A DNA stretch of 46,459 bases from a virus. Each line of letters starts with the position of its first letter. Position 1 is the stretch's first letter. A model generated the notes under the pieces. The model saw only the letters and a program-made list of their open reading frames with translations. It was not told the DNA's origin and did not search any database. Both the position numbers and the translations under genes were made by a program. The stretch covers positions 1 through 46,459 of the IMG/VR virus record IMGVR_UViG_3300018476_000003, one strand, 5' to 3'. Positions 26,724 to 33,850 of this stretch are shown here, piece by piece.

Positions 26724-28803
26724 CGATAGGCAGCTCACCCAGGCGCAGCGCGCCGCCGCCTTTGCGCAGCAGAGGACGGGAGTGGTGCGCGCGGTGCGCC
26801 CCTTCAGTGGCAGCGCGACCGTCGAGAACCTCATCGACTACATCAACCGCGAGCTAGGGCCCGCGGTGCGGGACTCGCGCCAGGCCGTCAACGACGTGTA
26901 CCTGCAGGTCGCCGACAACGCGCCCAGCGCCAACCCCCTGGCCTTCTACTTCTCGACGGAGACGGCGGCAGCGGACCCAACGGTGGGGCGCATCCGTCTC
27001 AACCAGGCCGTGCAGAACACGGCCACGGTGCTGCGAGTCTCGCAGAGCAACGGGCGCCTGGTGGACGTGCAGCCCTGGCTCGATGTCATGGCGGGCGGCC
27101 CGACGACGCCACTCGGGGTGGTGACGCTGACCGACGCCATCAACCCCGGGCGCTTCATCCGCTGGGACCTCAACACCATGACGGACCAAGGCGCCTACTG
27201 GGACCTCGGCGTCACCGTCATCGAGTCGAGCGACGCCGTGCCCTTCGTCGATGGCGAGGCGGTCACCATCGGTTTCATCTCGGGTGTGTCCGCGGCGGGC
27301 AGCACCATCCCCGTCGGCGCTCTCAGCCCCATCGCGCCCGACACCTTCGTCGGCAACATCACGACCGGCACGGTAGCGCCCGTCGCCGTCCCGCTTGCCG
27401 ACGTCGACTCGACCAGCGTCCCCTACGATGCCACGACGCATACCTTCCGGCGCGCTGCGCTGACCGGCTTTGCCGAGGCGGCGCTCAACACCAACGCGAC
27501 CACCAGCGCCGAGCCCATCGTCACCTATTCGCTCAGCTCCAACATGAGCGCCGAGCGCGTGCTGACCAGCTCGACCAGCAACACGGTCTCGACCAGCGTA
27601 GCGAGTCAGATTGCGGTGCAGCGCGCCGCGCTCACGGGGGCCATCGCGGCGGCGGCGGACGCCAACACGACGCTCTTCTCCGGCATCCGGGACAACGGCA
27701 GCGCCGAGACGGACCGCACGAACCTGAACTTCGTGAGCGGCGACTCGAACACCGCCGTCATCACCGACGACGCCGGCAATGACGAGCTGGAGGTCACCTA
27801 CAACTACGTCGGCTCGACCACCAACGTCAACCTGACCAGCGTGACCGGCGCGCAAGGTGTCATCGACATCAGCGCGCTGCGCTGCGGTGGCTCCGTCACG
27901 GTCGAGACGGTGTCGGCGGACTACACCATTGCAGGCTTCACCGCCAAGCCGGTGGGCTTCTGGTTCGACTTCATCGACCGCCGCACGAGCGGCGCCACCA
28001 TTGGGACCATCCTCGACAACTCCGGCGCGACCACCACCAGCGTGCGCTGCCCTGGCAGCGAAGACCTCATCCAGCCCTTCTCGGCGACGACGCAATACTA
28101 CTACTTCAGCGACCGATGGCGCGCGTTCCCGGCGTCTCCTCCAGCAGGGCGACTCATCGCCACCACCGTCTATACGAGCGGGTCGGGCACGCACACCTAC
28201 GACGCACGTTGTCGCCGCGCGCTCGTCCGCATGAAGGGCGGCGGCGGCGGCGGCGGCGGCGCGGGCACAGCGGATGGCAACATCGGCAGCGGTGGCGGCG
28301 AAGGCGGGCTCGAAGAGCTGGACATCACCAGCGTCCCGACAAGCAGCGCGTACGCCGTGGGCGCCGCTGGGACAGCGGGAGCGGCCACGCCTGACCCGGG
28401 GACTGCGGGCGGCACCGGTGGCGACACGACGTTTCATGATGGCTCGGTCACCAGGACAGCCAGCGGTGGGGTCGGGGGCGCCGTGGGCGGCACCATGGCG
28501 GAGCCCGGCAACGGCGGCGCCGTTGATTCGATTGGCGGCACGGTTTCCTATTCCTGCCGTGGAGCCCCCGGCGAGCACGGCTTCTACGACACCACCAACG
28601 GCACCGCCCACGGAGGCACTGGCGGAGGCACTGGCGGAGGCAAGGGCGGCTTCGGTGGCACCCAAGGGACCACGTCAGAAGCGGGCGTGGCGGCGGGCAC
28701 CAACTCCGGCGGCGGCGGCGGCGGCGGAAGCCGCCCAGCAAGCCCAGCCGTAGCCGGCGGTGCCGGAGCGGCGGGCTACATCATCGTCGAGGAGTACACG
28801 TGA
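26713..28803 (+). CDS. Tail fibre / receptor-binding protein with glycine-rich C-terminal domain
   Basis: 696 aa. The C-terminal ~190 aa contain GGGGGGGAGTADGNIGSGGGEGG..., GTGGDTTF, GGTGGGTGGGKGGFGG and end AGGAGAAGYIIVEEYT, as in phage glycine-rich fibre domains. Confidence 0.65.
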   Translation: MACDDRQLTQAQRAAAFAQQRTGVVRAVRPFSGSATVENLIDYINRELGPAVRDSRQAVNDVYLQVADNAPSANPLAFYFSTETAAADPTVGRIRLNQAVQNTATVLRVSQSNGRLVDVQPWLDVMAGGPTTPLGVVTLTDAINPGRFIRWDLNTMTDQGAYWDLGVTVIESSDAVPFVDGEAVTIGFISGVSAAGSTIPVGALSPIAPDTFVGNITTGTVAPVAVPLADVDSTSVPYDATTHTFRRAALTGFAEAALNTNATTSAEPIVTYSLSSNMSAERVLTSSTSNTVSTSVASQIAVQRAALTGAIAAAADANTTLFSGIRDNGSAETDRTNLNFVSGDSNTAVITDDAGNDELEVTYNYVGSTTNVNLTSVTGAQGVIDISALRCGGSVTVETVSADYTIAGFTAKPVGFWFDFIDRRTSGATIGTILDNSGATTTSVRCPGSEDLIQPFSATTQYYYFSDRWRAFPASPPAGRLIATTVYTSGSGTHTYDARCRRALVRMKGGGGGGGGAGTADGNIGSGGGEGGLEELDITSVPTSSAYAVGAAGTAGAATPDPGTAGGTGGDTTFHDGSVTRTASGGVGGAVGGTMAEPGNGGAVDSIGGTVSYSCRGAPGEHGFYDTTNGTAHGGTGGGTGGGKGGFGGTQGTTSEAGVAAGTNSGGGGGGGSRPASPAVAGGAGAAGYIIVEEYT

Positions 28804-28805
28804 CG

Positions 28806-29042
28806 TCAGCGCGGGGGGCACTCGTGCCAGAAGTTGCAGTAGCCCACGAGCGGGCTGTGGCGCAGCTCCTGACAGAGTTCAGGGGTCTGCTCGAGCGAGC
28901 CCGCGCACAGCGGCAGCGCGCGCTCTGCATGGCCAGCGTCCACCTCGGCGTCACCAACCTCATCAGTCACGACGTCGCCAGCCTCCGCGGAGCCACCGCA
29001 CGCGAGGACCAGAGAGAGGATGCACCAGTGAAACACCTTCAT
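28806..29042 (-). CDS. Small lipoprotein (moron; superinfection-exclusion candidate)
   Basis: MKVFHWCILSLVLAC|GGSAEAG has a lipobox-type signal. The mature part has 4 Cys. Convergent with the fibre gene. The competing plus-frame ORF 28800..29129 cannot be fully excluded. Confidence 0.45.
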   Translation of the reverse strand: MKVFHWCILSLVLACGGSAEAGDVVTDEVGDAEVDAGHAERALPLCAGSLEQTPELCQELRHSPLVGYCNFWHECPPR

Positions 29043-29125
29043 CGCCTCAGCATGCCACCGGCGCAGCATCGCGCCACTGAACCATATCGACACAACGGGA
29101 CCGGGAGAATGCGACATGACCCACA

Positions 29126-29443
29126 ATGAACCTCGACCACCTGCTGCACGAGCACAGCGAGGAGCTGCTCGCCGCGCTTGGGATTGGCTCGTATCTAGCC
29201 CGCAGTTTCTGGCTACTTATTCGCGAGAGGAACTGCTGTCGCGCGCTCTTACTCCGCGAGCAGCAGTCGCATACGCAGAAGCAGAGCGAGACGCTGAGGA
29301 AAAGCATCGAGCGGCAGAACGAGATACTGAGGATTCTTTCCACAGCCTATGCGAGCGGGGAGCCGCCTACACTCGACGACTTGCTCTCGCACGCCGAGCG
29401 CGACTGGAGTCTGAAATCGTCTCCGACGCCGTCCGAGCCGTAG
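29126..29443 (+). CDS. Hypothetical helical protein (moron island)
   Basis: By manual codon reading this frame has much higher GC3 than the competing frame 29116..29499. Confidence 0.55.
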   Translation: MNLDHLLHEHSEELLAALGIGSYLARSFWLLIRERNCCRALLLREQQSHTQKQSETLRKSIERQNEILRILSTAYASGEPPTLDDLLSHAERDWSLKSSPTPSEP

Positions 29444-29526
29444 AGCCCATGGATCGCGTCGAGACCGTGCGCTTCACCTACCCGCACCCCGCGGGGTAGA
29501 CAGCTGGCCCCCGACTATCCGCGACC

Positions 29527-29536
29527 GGGGGGGGGG
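29527..29536. repeat. G10 homopolymer
   Basis: gcgaccGGGGGGGGGGatgcc read directly from the sequence. Confidence 0.9.
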
Positions 29537-29636
29537 ATGCCGCTAACGACAGCCGGGGGCCCGCCCACTGAGCACGGTACAGGTTCGGGGCGACGCCGGC
29601 AAAGTTTCGACGTCACCCCACCGGGTGTTGCCCGGA

Positions 29637-29665
29637 TTGATGCGCCGTGCCGCCAGGTGTATCAT
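29637..29665 (+). promoter_or_regulatory. Sigma70-like promoter candidate upstream of the lysis genes
   Basis: TTGATG (29637-29642), a 17-nt spacer, then TATCAT (29660-29665). It lies about 65 nt upstream of ATG 29731. Confidence 0.3.
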
Positions 29666-29730
29666 TGTGGTACATGGCGCGTCCGGTTCTCGCCCGCCCC
29701 TGCCCGACCTACCCGTGGTCGGAGGTCCTG

Positions 29731-29796
29731 ATGGGTCTCCTGCTCTGCGCGTTTGCCCTGGCGGGGCTCGCTGCGGCCTGCGGGGTGCTGCCGTGA
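29731..29796 (+). CDS. 21-aa hydrophobic micro-ORF resembling a lipoprotein signal peptide
   Basis: GGAGG lies 5 nt upstream of the ATG. Sequence MGLLLCAFALAGLAAACGVLP. Its stop forms a GTGA overlap with the next ORF. Confidence 0.25.
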   Translation: MGLLLCAFALAGLAAACGVLP

Positions 29797-30119
29797 GCCG
29801 CCCGCCGCCCCTGCCGCCGCCCTTCCTGCGCGCCGTGGAGGACGTTACGGAGCCCGGACTGGGCGCCCTGGCGCTGCGGCAGGAGAATGCGCGCCTGATG
29901 GAGGACAACGCCCGCCTGCGTCGCGAGCGCAACGAGGCGCGCGCCGAGAAGACGAGCACGGCTCCACCTCCCCGGCGAGGCAAGGGCCTGGCCGTGGGCG
30001 CTGCCGCCGGCTCGGGGCTCTTCCTGGCCCTGCGCCTCGTCCTGCGCGCCGTCGCTGACCAGTGGCCAGAGTACGCGCCGCTGGCCGAGGCGCTGCTCGG
30101 GATGTTGGGGGGGCTCTGA
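29793..30119 (+). CDS. Lysis-cassette protein: Pro-rich N-terminus, coiled coil, C-terminal hydrophobic segment
   Basis: GTG 29793 in ORF 29625..30119: VSRPPPLPPPFLRAVEDV...RQENARLMEDNARLRRERNEARAEK...GLAVGAAAGSGLFLALRLVLRAV. TGATG junction with the endolysin. Confidence 0.45.
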   Translation: MSRPPPLPPPFLRAVEDVTEPGLGALALRQENARLMEDNARLRRERNEARAEKTSTAPPPRRGKGLAVGAAAGSGLFLALRLVLRAVADQWPEYAPLAEALLGMLGGL

Positions 30120-30553
30120 TGGCGCGCTACCTCGACGTCTGCCGCTTCGGGGTGCTCTCTGCCTACCAGCTCTCGAGCTGCACCCCGGCGCTGCAGCGGC
30201 TGCTCACCGAGGCCATCCGGCGCGCGCCCAAGTGGCTCGACTTCGCCATCCTCTGCGGGCACCGCAACGAGGTCGACCAGAACAAAGCCTTCGCCGATGG
30301 GCAGAGCAAGAAGCGCTGGCCCGACGGCGAGCACAACCACCTGCCGAGCCGCGCTGTCGACATCCGCCCGGCATCCCCCTTTAACGCTGCCGACTGGCAG
30401 GACCAAGTACGCTTCGGCCGCATCATGGGCTTCATCGAAGGCGTCGCCGTCGATCTGGGCATTCCCATCCGTCTCGGCCTGGACTGGAACCGGGACGGGC
30501 GCAGCATCGACGAGACGTTCAAAGACCTGGGTCATCTCGAGGAGGCAGCGTGA
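30119..30553 (+). CDS. Endolysin, peptidase M15 (VanY / L-Ala-D-Glu peptidase-like)
   Basis: GEHNHLPSRAVDIRP and DLGHLE match the H..(S)xAxD / DxxH zinc-ligand motifs of the M15 family. Confidence 0.75.
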   Translation: MARYLDVCRFGVLSAYQLSSCTPALQRLLTEAIRRAPKWLDFAILCGHRNEVDQNKAFADGQSKKRWPDGEHNHLPSRAVDIRPASPFNAADWQDQVRFGRIMGFIEGVAVDLGIPIRLGLDWNRDGRSIDETFKDLGHLEEAA

Positions 30554-30726
30554 GCCTCTGGACGCGCAGCGTGGACGTGGCCTTCGACGTATTCGAGGGC
30601 GTCGTCTCGCTCTACGACTTCGTGCGCCGCTTCCGACAGCCCGAGCCCATCCCGCTCACCCGCCGCAGCGTCGCTCACCAGCAAGAGCAGATCCGGCGGG
30701 CCACCATCCGCCCGCCACCGCCGTGA
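30550..30726 (+). CDS. Hypothetical 58-aa protein
   Basis: Not in the track. GAGGAGG lies upstream of GTG 30550. GTGA overlaps at both ends. Confidence 0.35.
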   Translation: MSLWTRSVDVAFDVFEGVVSLYDFVRRFRQPEPIPLTRRSVAHQQEQIRRATIRPPPP

Positions 30727-31025
30727 CCATCAACAGCCGGCGCAAGGGCTCGAGCTACGAGCGGGAGGTGGGCGCCGAGCTGGGCCTGGCTCGCGCGCTC
30801 GACCAATGCCGCGACGGCGGCGGGGACCTGGAGCACCCGAGCCTGGCCATCGAGTGCAAGCGCTACGCTCGCGCCGTCAACGTACCGAAGGCCATGGACC
30901 AAGCCGTACGCTCAGCCCATGGCCGCATCCCCGTGGTGATTCACCGCGTCGACCGCACCGAGAGCCTCGTCACCATGAGGCTCTCGGACTGGCTGCCGCT
31001 CTACCGGGAGCGGTGGAAGCCTTAG
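30723..31025 (+). CDS. PD-(D/E)XK nuclease, Holliday-junction-resolvase-like
   Basis: GTG 30723 in ORF 30297..31025: INSRRKGSSYEREVGAEL...GGGDLEHPSLAIECKRY. This is the RKG..ERE ... D ... ExK arrangement. Confidence 0.55.
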   Translation: MTINSRRKGSSYEREVGAELGLARALDQCRDGGGDLEHPSLAIECKRYARAVNVPKAMDQAVRSAHGRIPVVIHRVDRTESLVTMRLSDWLPLYRERWKP

Positions 31026-32668
31026 GCGGCCTCCCGCGCGTCCAGCTCTTCCGCCGTGTAGCCCATCTCCTCTGGGCAGTAGCAGCCCATCGTGGCGCCG
31101 GGCCAGAGGATACGAGCGAGCTTGCTGCCCGCCGTCTTCATCAGCATATCCTGCGGCCGCTTCTCCCAATTGCCTGGCTTGCCGTAGTTGGCACCGCGGC
31201 AGAGCCCGGCCTGGCGCGCATCCTCGATGGTGTAGGTGTACTCGACCGGCTGCGGCTGGCGCTTGTGCTTGCCGACCCACGTCACCGAGGTGGCGCTCAT
31301 CTTCGTGGGCATCAGGTACTCGAAGTTGGCATCCCGCTCGCACAGCGCACGGATGAGGTCGGCCGAGGCCACTGGCTTGCCTTCGACGATGTGATGGTTG
31401 GCGAGCGCGGTGGTGATGCCGAGCCCCATCTCCTTGGCGCGCACCATGACCGTGAAGATTTGGGCCTCGCTCTTGTACTGCGAATAGAGCTGGCCCTTGT
31501 AGAGCCAGGTGCTCATCTGATAGGCGCTCGTCAGATCCATGGGCTGCAGCTCGCTCGTCACGAGCCCGTATTTGGTCTGCGTCACCTCGGGCTGAGCCTT
31601 CACCATCTGCGTGCGCGGCACGACCACCGAGGCGCGCGCCGGCTCGGCTGCCTTGTCGCCCGGGGCGTTGCTGACCGTGTCACTCTCGCCGTTCTGCTGA
31701 CGCTCGCGGTCGTACTGCTGCTCGAGCAGGTCTTCCCGGCTGGCCTGGTCGTTGGAAGCGCGGGCCTTCAGGCTCTCCTGATACAGGCGCCCCGCCTCTT
31801 CGAGCGCTGGGTCTTTGACTTCGTCCATGCTGTTCGCTTTCTCCTGCTCGGGTTCAGGCTCGCGCGCCACGAGCAGCGCGTCCGCATCGATGGGGACGTT
31901 GGTGTCTAGGGTCGCGAGCTTGATGCTCATCACCAGTGAGTTCCAGCCCTCGGCCAGCGACTTGACGGTCGCGCTCGGCTTGCTGCCCTGCAACTGCGCG
32001 GTGGTCGCCATGCCCTCGGCGAGCTTCTCGACCGTGAGGTACTTGTTGACCAGCTCGGAGGCTCGCTTGGGGCCGATGCCGGTGACGCCGGGGATGTTGT
32101 CGCTGCTGTCGCCGACCAGCCCCTGGTAGAAGGGCATCAGCTCCGGGGTGACGCCCCACTTGGCGACGACGCCGTCCACGTCCCGCACCACCCAGTCATT
32201 GGTGCCCACCGGCGGGATGTACTGCTTGACGTGCTTGTTCAGGCATTGGGCCGCGTCCTTGTCGACGCTGACGATGCGCACGTCATCGCACCAGACGCTG
32301 TATTTGGCAGCCAAGGTCGCGATGACGTCGTCCGCCTCGTAGCCCTCGCACCAGCCGACGTTGAAGCCGAGCCGCTGAATCTCCTTGTAGAGCCACGCGC
32401 GCTGCGCTCGCTCCTCGGGCTCGAGCACGGGGCGGGTCGCCTTGTAGTCGGGAGAGATAGCGAGACGGTGCGTGTAGGGCGGCGCATCGCGGCAGATGAT
32501 GACGTGCTCGACGCCTTGCTTCAGGTGCTCGAGGTCACGCAGGGTCGCCTTTGCCGCGCCGAGCGGCAGCCCATCGGTGATGGTGTGCCAGCGTTTTTTG
32601 AAGAGGTAGGCCAGGTCGACCAGCGCGATGGACTCGGGAGCGGGGAGCAGCGTTGCTTCTTGGGTCAT
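31022..32668 (-). CDS. Fusion protein: FEN/Pol I-type 5'-3' exonuclease plus Red-beta/RecT-like annealase
   Basis: N-terminal half: DLAYLFKKRWH, CRDAPPYTHRLAISPDYKATR, GYEADDVIATLA, VSVDKDAAQ, GDSSDNIPGVTGIGPKRASELV. C-terminal part: GNWEKRPQDMLMKTAGSKLARILWPGATMGCYCPEEMG, compare lambda Beta GPWQSHPKRMLRHKAMIQCARLAFGFAGIYDKDEA. The ATG at 32668 gives MTQEATLL. Confidence 0.75.
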   Translation of the reverse strand: MTQEATLLPAPESIALVDLAYLFKKRWHTITDGLPLGAAKATLRDLEHLKQGVEHVIICRDAPPYTHRLAISPDYKATRPVLEPEERAQRAWLYKEIQRLGFNVGWCEGYEADDVIATLAAKYSVWCDDVRIVSVDKDAAQCLNKHVKQYIPPVGTNDWVVRDVDGVVAKWGVTPELMPFYQGLVGDSSDNIPGVTGIGPKRASELVNKYLTVEKLAEGMATTAQLQGSKPSATVKSLAEGWNSLVMSIKLATLDTNVPIDADALLVAREPEPEQEKANSMDEVKDPALEEAGRLYQESLKARASNDQASREDLLEQQYDRERQQNGESDTVSNAPGDKAAEPARASVVVPRTQMVKAQPEVTQTKYGLVTSELQPMDLTSAYQMSTWLYKGQLYSQYKSEAQIFTVMVRAKEMGLGITTALANHHIVEGKPVASADLIRALCERDANFEYLMPTKMSATSVTWVGKHKRQPQPVEYTYTIEDARQAGLCRGANYGKPGNWEKRPQDMLMKTAGSKLARILWPGATMGCYCPEEMGYTAEELDAREAA

Positions 32669-33108
32669 GATGCAATCCTTTGTGCCGACCGAAGCCGGCA
32701 GTAGATGGGGTCGTGGGTGAGAGCGGCTTCGGCTTCCGCCTCGCTCAGTGTGTCGAAAGAGGCGCCGCCGACGTCGAACACCCACGGTGGGGCAGGAGGA
32801 ACGATGAAACCAACGAGGTCCAAATCCCCGTGGGGAAGAGCACCTGTTCTGGGCAGTGTACAATTGTATTGGTCAGTGTCAACGTTGGATGTCAGTTCAG
32901 TGTCCTGGACCGGCACGGCATTCGCCGCTTCGCGCTGTTTGCAGCCGCGATGGGAGAGCCGCGGCTGGTAGTTCAGCTGCCGCGAGTGGACCGTGCGCAG
33001 CGCCCCGCAATCGCACCGGCAGTACCAGCGCGGGGAGACGGCGTTGACGGCTGCGAGCACGGTGTCGAGCCCGAAGCGCCGTCCCGTCAGGTCTTTGCGG
33101 GCCCTCAT
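32665..33108 (-). CDS. Zinc-ribbon-like protein
   Basis: LTGRRFGLDTVLAAVNAVSPRWYCRCDCGALRTVHSRQL...HRGC. ATGA overlaps at both ends. Confidence 0.55.
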   Translation of the reverse strand: MRARKDLTGRRFGLDTVLAAVNAVSPRWYCRCDCGALRTVHSRQLNYQPRLSHRGCKQREAANAVPVQDTELTSNVDTDQYNCTLPRTGALPHGDLDLVGFIVPPAPPWVFDVGGASFDTLSEAEAEAALTHDPIYCRLRSAQRIAS

Positions 33109-33317
33109 GGCTCCTCCTGCTCGATGAGCTGACGCAGCGCCTTGCTGCGCGCCAGCTGGCTCTTGCGGTTGCCCCGGCGCCGGCTCTGGTAGGTGCGCGC
33201 CTCGGGTGTCCGGAGGCAGCGGCGCGGCGCCACTCCGAGGGCGGCAGCGCGCTCGGTCTCGTCGGGGCTGGTGACCCCGCGGGTGAAGGCCTCGGTCCAG
33301 CCGAGCGACACGCTCAC
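33105..33317 (-). CDS. Hypothetical 70-aa protein
   Basis: GTG 33317 follows GGAGG and forms a GTGA overlap with the upstream stop. It is the 3' part of ORF 33105..33476. Confidence 0.4.
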   Translation of the reverse strand: MSVSLGWTEAFTRGVTSPDETERAAALGVAPRRCLRTPEARTYQSRRRGNRKSQLARSKALRQLIEQEEP

Positions 33318-33850
33318 GAGGCCTCCGTGGCGCGCTTGCGCTTGGCCTTCGTCTTCACTGGCACGGTGAGCGCCTGAGCGAGAGCGAGCGGCATCTGCTG
33401 GCGGTCGGGCAGCGTCATGCCCGGCGTGGGCTCGCGGTTGGCGTGCGACCGGTGCGCGTTCTCGATCTGCGCCCATCGGGCGACGGCGAAGAACGTCTCA
33501 CCCTTCGGGTCCCAATCGAACACCGCATCGACTCGCAGGCGCTGAAAGTCGACAGGGGCCAGCGCTTGGGCCAGGGCGGTCATCAGCTCGCCGGACTTTC
33601 GAGGCCTCGGGTAGTTCGTCTCGAACACGTCGGTGGGCCCGTTGTCGTTGGCCACCTCGAGCCGCAGCTCGAGCAGCCGAAGGCGCTCCTCGGCCTGGCG
33701 CAGCTCCGTGCATTCGCGGTGGCAGTCGAAGCTGGCGAGCAGCAGGTGAGCCATGTCCAGGCCCTTGCCGCGGTCGTAGCTCTCGCGGCAGCGCACCTTG
33801 CGGGCAGCCACCTCGGCGCGCGCGTTGTCGATGGCGACGATGACGTTCAT
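33314..33850 (-). CDS. Hypothetical protein
   Basis: ORF in track; ATGA overlap with the upstream gene. Confidence 0.6.
   Translation of the reverse strand: MNVIVAIDNARAEVAARKVRCRESYDRGKGLDMAHLLLASFDCHRECTELRQAEERLRLLELRLEVANDNGPTDVFETNYPRPRKSGELMTALAQALAPVDFQRLRVDAVFDWDPKGETFFAVARWAQIENAHRSHANREPTPGMTLPDRQQMPLALAQALTVPVKTKAKRKRATEAS

Noticed and set aside
26713-28803. A diversity-generating retroelement targeting the fibre tip.
   Set aside because: I could recognise no reverse transcriptase anywhere in the window and no second near-identical template copy of the fibre 3' end.
28800-29129. A plus-strand ORF (GTG start overlapping the fibre stop, ATGA junction with 29126) as the real gene instead of the minus-strand lipoprotein.
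   Set aside because: Its last third is a His/Arg/Pro-rich sequence with low GC3, coinciding with what would be the promoter gap of the lipoprotein gene. The minus frame has a textbook signal peptide with lipobox and paired Cys. This is not fully excluded and the lipoprotein confidence is kept at 0.45.
29116-29499. An alternative frame for the gene after the lipoprotein.
   Set aside because: Manual codon reading shows many A/T third positions in this frame. Frame 29126..29443 has the high GC3 seen in confident genes.
29537-29731. A 64-aa ORF starting right after the G10 tract.
   Set aside because: It has Gly/Arg/Pro-rich composition, no ribosome-binding box, and overlaps the promoter-like hexamers. 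It was treated as non-coding.
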